Shown here: one piece after another, positions 57,291 to 64,000 of the stretch | How positions within the stretch are numbered: position 1 is the stretch's first letter | Layout of the letters: every line of letters starts with the position of its first letter | Assembly: GCF_009914755.1 (NCBI RefSeq) | Contig: NC_060928.1 | Length of the DNA: 64,000 nt | Strand: one strand, 5' to 3' | Origin: the human T2T-CHM13v2.0 reference genome, Homo sapiens | Notes under the pieces: model-generated | Databases searched by the model: none | What the model was told of the DNA's origin: nothing | The model's input: only the letters and a program-made list of their open reading frames with translations | Translations under genes and position numbers: made by a program

Positions 57291-60200
57291 GGAAAACATG
57301 CGGATAATTTCCTACAAAAATAATTAGGCATTCGCTTTCATTCATTTGAATGCAGCCTTTGTTTCTTTCTTGCATCTAATTAAATCAAGAGAAATGTCAG
57401 GTGTAGAATTCTTAGGGATCAGGGTTTTGTTTTTGCTGGGCAAGAAACATATGCCCTCAAGTGCCTTGGGCACATAGTTACTTTGGTTTTCCTGTGCTCT
57501 ACAATTAAAGCCTTATCTGGAATTGTTATGGCTTTGTATCGTTTCAGCTATTTTGATGCTAATGAAGAAAAGTTCAGCAAGGATGAAATTCTAAATATCT
57601 AGTACTTTATTTCATAAGCATCTTCATTAATAGTTATGGCTCATCACATGACCGGCCTTCTCAAAAGCAAGAGGATGTGGATGTCATGGAAGCCCCTGGA
57701 GAAGGAAATTTGGAAACCCAAATAAGTAAATTTAATTAGCGATCTCACATGAAATGATTGTGAGATGCAGGCAAATTTTCCCCTTCCTCCCAGCAGGAGG
57801 GATTTGTCCTGGTGTGTAACATTTCAAAGGCCCTAGCTCATGAGAGCCACTTTTCTCCAAAGCAAGGATGCTTTTGCAGCTGCTGTAAGGTGTAGGGATT
57901 TCATTTTAAATACAAAATGTGTTCCATCTTCTGTAAGAACCTGCAGCTGTTTGGCCACTCTGTGCAAGAGGTTGAATGTTGTGCATTGTCCCTGGAGCTG
58001 CTTTAGACCAAAAGCAAAATATTTTCTGCTTCCAAGAATTGGTGAAGGGCCACCTATCAGAGGAATTTAAAATATTTCTCCAATTAAGCTCCCTACCTAC
58101 AGAGTCCACTTTGAATATGAGAAGAAAGGGGCAGCAAGTTAGCAGAGCTGCTCTTTGAAAAAGCTGTTCTTGAGAAGACAAAGCTCTCCTCAGAGCAGCC
58201 TTCGGTCCTCTTTCTGAACAAGAAAACACCTGCATTCAGGAGGACTGCAAAGCCCTCATTCCCTCTAGGCAAAAGGAGAGAGAAAAGTTTGGATTTTTCA
58301 GTGTTGTTATCCAATGTTGAACATCTAGAAGTGAATGCCCAACTCACAAGTAGTGTACGCGGTCAGTAGGCAATACATGTTATTGAAGGAATGAGTTAAC
58401 GAATACCACAAAATGATAACACTTTAGCTTTAAAGGAGATTTTCTTTACAAAACTCCATCAGCCTGAGTTCAAGCTGTTCTTTATGATTCTAAAACCACA
58501 CAGCTGCAAAGTTGTAGCACAACTCACACCTGTAGATGGATGGAGGGAGAAGGGGTAGGCTCACCTGGAAGTCCACCTGGCAGGTTAGCTGCACCAAACC
58601 TGGCACTTACTGGGATGAGACTTGGCATTTAATGGGATGAGAGGTCCTCGCAGGCTTTCCTTAGATCCCGTGACCTCTTCTATTCATGCACTTCAGGAAC
58701 AGCTATTGGCCAAACGCTGGTTTATTGCCCAGCTATCACTTTTTCTTCCTTTCAAATTATTTGGAGTTGACCACACCAAGTTAGCCACATCCCAAATACT
58801 TGCACCAATTATCTGTAACACCAAATGTCAAATCATGGTATTTAGTTGTGTTCCAGAGGAATATTTGAGTCGTGATTCTAGATTCTATGGAAATCTATAG
58901 AAAAGTAGTCGTGTCATGATTGCCATTGTCTTCTGTTACATATTCAACCTCTTCTGTCTTGCTTTTGTTTCTGTCAGAGATGGCATAGAAGCGAAATGTC
59001 AAGGTCTTGCTTTATGCCATTTGGCTGTCATATATAGCCATTTAATTTTTCCCTTCCCAGATGGGACTCAGGTGGCAAGGTGACAACTTTCAGCAAAATA
59101 CTTTCCACAGAACCAAGAGGTCCTTGACGGGGTGACCTTTGGGGTCTAGGACACAAGGTTATACAAGAGGGTTTGGTGCACAGAGCTGCTGCATCTGATT
59201 CCCTTCCTCTCTTTGTCCCAAACCTGAGGTTCTGTGGTTTGTCATAGTGGAATTTCTACAGGTAACACGCTGTATGCCTGACAAAGCCAACTGTCACGTA
59301 AGTGTTCGATGGCATCTCTTTTTGGTGTGTGGAGCAGCTTAGAGACAAGGTGGGACTGAAGCCTGCAGTTTCCCAGAGTTGGACACCAGGACCCCAACAG
59401 TAAATGTCTTAACTCAGAGCTGTAACTCGGAGGCATCTGTAGGGAATCCTCATCGCACTTCATTTGCCCAAGAGCTGAAGGGACTTTTACAATAAAGCCC
59501 TTCGAACAGGAAGGGAGTGATCATTTAAGATCCTTGTAAGGTACACTAAGAAGATGAAGGATGAAGAGCCATGGAGAAGGGGAAGAGAACATTCCTCCAT
59601 GCACTCTCCTCCTTTGAACCTAACCAGACAGCCTCACCCAGATCACAGACCAGAGAGTCCTTCAGGCAGCTGTGACATCCAGGAGTCTCTCTGGACAATT
59701 TCTGCCTAAAGATGTCCTTGACATACTGAATGGTTGCTCCAGTCTGACACTACTTCTCTTCTCTTCTCTTCTCTTCTTTACATCTCTGACATCTCTGAGC
59801 TTCTTTCCAGTGACATCACTCATCTTAGGGTGGTACGGATGAAACCCAACCACATTGCTTATGCCTCTTTTTTTAGCTTCTTTTTATTATGAACTCTTTC
59901 CTCCTAACACATTTAAGGGGGTGGTGCAAGCGTGTACATGTGAACTTTTGCTTGTTTGAATTGAGAAAATGACGAAGCATCAGGAATGTCCTAGTTTTGA
60001 ATATGCAATATCAGCAGATCCTTCTGTGCAACTCTCCCAAAAAAGGGTGAGATTCTGTGTATGCATATGCCTACACCATCCTGGCAGCTCCTCCCCCAGG
60101 TCCCCCCTGTGAGCTCAGCCTAATGACTAGTCCTCAAAGATTGTCCCTGAGTGGAACTGAGATGTTAAGGTACATTTTCTAAATGTGGAATTTCCTATTC

Positions 60201-61820
60201 AGGACTTCCCAACTCATTCCTGTACCACCCCACTAGAAGGAGGATGGACAGATTCGCTTGCTGAAATGGCGAAGCAAGTTCCCGCAGCTGGCCAGGCTGA
60301 GCTGTTTCTGAAGCTCAGAGCAGCTGTGACTCATCCCTCCTGCAGTCCGTTAACTTCCCACTCCTGTCACCAGACCAGCTACTCCTCTCGCTCTGACTCC
60401 TACAAACCCACTTATTTTCAAATTTGCTCAATAACCATGACATTCAAACCCAACATGCTCTGTGCACAGGACGCTGTGAAAACACACAGTGAGAATTAAG
60501 GGTCCACAGAAGAAATAATGGCCAGAGTAAGAACTGTTTTCTTGGATGCTGGGTGATGAGGAATAACTGCTAATAAGAGACAACAGCAAGTATTAGGACA
60601 TGTGCCATCAGGCCCAATTGAGTTAAGGGAATGCAGTCATCCTAACTGGTGGTTTTCAGAAAGCCACACAACATTTTAATTGAATGCACAGGCTTCTGCA
60701 TGATTAGGAACACAATACTTTGGTGCCCAGGCCGGATTGAGCTGGTAACAATGAGCTGAAATGGCTTCCTGCCATGAAGCAGAGAAGCTCAAGCTTATTC
60801 TCCCTGTGACACTTCCAGGCCCTGTTGCAAAGTCACAAAAGAAACTCAAGAAACCAATTTTCAGAGACGGTTTAGAGCTTTCCTGCATGGTTCCAACTAC
60901 TCGTGTGATATAAAAATGGAATGACTGCAGAAGGAGGATTGCAGCTGGATTTCGGGGAAACTTTCTGAAGAATGGACAAGAGGAACCAGCAGCCTGGTGC
61001 AAAGTCACTGAATCAAGTAGCAAGTAGCACCAACTCCTCCCATCCTCCCATCAGACAGCATGAATTTAAAGTGGTCTCCAGTCATGCAGCCATTTCACAG
61101 AGTTTGCATCTTAAGCCCACCTAAGATATTGTCAATAAGATATTGTCTTGAATTCCCAGCCAGAGTCCAGGGAATCCAGAAGTTTCCAAAACTTTGAAAA
61201 TAGGAAATATTCAACAGAGTTATTCAGCAAATATTTGTTCAGCGCCTACCACATTCCAGTCACTAATAATTGGCATGGATATCAGCCCAATAAAATTAAC
61301 CATTGGACTATCATTGGGAACCCCCGAGAGACATATTCAACACGAGCCTGAATTAAAAATACAACTAAATTTCTATATTGTGATTTTTAAAATGTGTTTG
61401 CTTTAAAAGTTCAATCAAAATGGGCCTTTCACTTTAAACTCAGCTCTGGACATCTCTATGCAACTCTCTGTGGAAGGTTCACCGAGATGTCCCTCAGAGC
61501 AGCTCTTTCATCTCAGCATGTTTATACATGAACTCATTGTCTTTCCTCCAAATTTGTATGTCAGTTGGTGGCACTCAATCACCCAAGTCAGGACCTGTGA
61601 ATCACCCTTGCCCCCTTCTACTCCCTTACACTCAAGATCCAATCAATCACCACATCCTATCACTTTTACCCCATAGACACAACTCCAACAATATAATAGC
61701 CTCTTCTGTAGACACTGTAGTAGGCGCACCACAGATGGGCACTATTGTTATCATGTGCATTTTACGGATAAATAAACATGGCTGCAGGGGTTAAATAACT
61801 TCCCTAAGATCACACAATCA

Positions 61821-62175
<355 letters not shown>

Positions 62176-62231
62176 CAAGCTCAAGTCCTTCTGAATTTAA
62201 AGAGGAGGATTTTGAAGCTCTGTGTCTCTAA

Positions 62232-63960
<1,729 letters not shown>

Positions 63961-64000
63961 ATGTTCTCCTGAATTTTCTTCTGGATTTTTTTTTTTTTTT

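Overview
Primate (human-like) genomic DNA with about 35 Alu elements plus L1, L2, MIR, MaLR/ERV LTRs and DNA-transposon fossils. No protein-coding exon could be confidently recognised. The centre is a ~2.6 kb CpG island (18.5-21.2 kb) that looks like a bidirectional promoter. It carries two candidate minus-strand first exons (~19791-20032 and ~18945-19030), and the repeat-poorer left part (1-18.9 kb) is probably their long first intron. Plus-strand splice signals at 20.2-21.2 kb suggest a divergent non-coding transcript. The right 43 kb is repeat-dense and looks intergenic. No gene symbol is assigned. The most notable observations are: (i) a strong-Kozak 31-codon uORF ending in (AGG)7 poly-Arg just downstream of a TATA-like/Inr pair; (ii) a 53-bp-arm fold-back hairpin made by inverted duplication of a MIR head (48025-48142); (iii) a fragmented hAT transposase fossil (~29.0-33.5 kb); (iv) an orphan GC-rich poly(A)-tailed insert next to an HSMAR2 transposase fossil; (v) an Alu-Alu recombination duplication; (vi) in-frame 24-bp and 48-bp minisatellites. 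Repeat subfamily names come from recalled consensus sequences and were not verified by alignment. Boundaries of old repeats are approximate.
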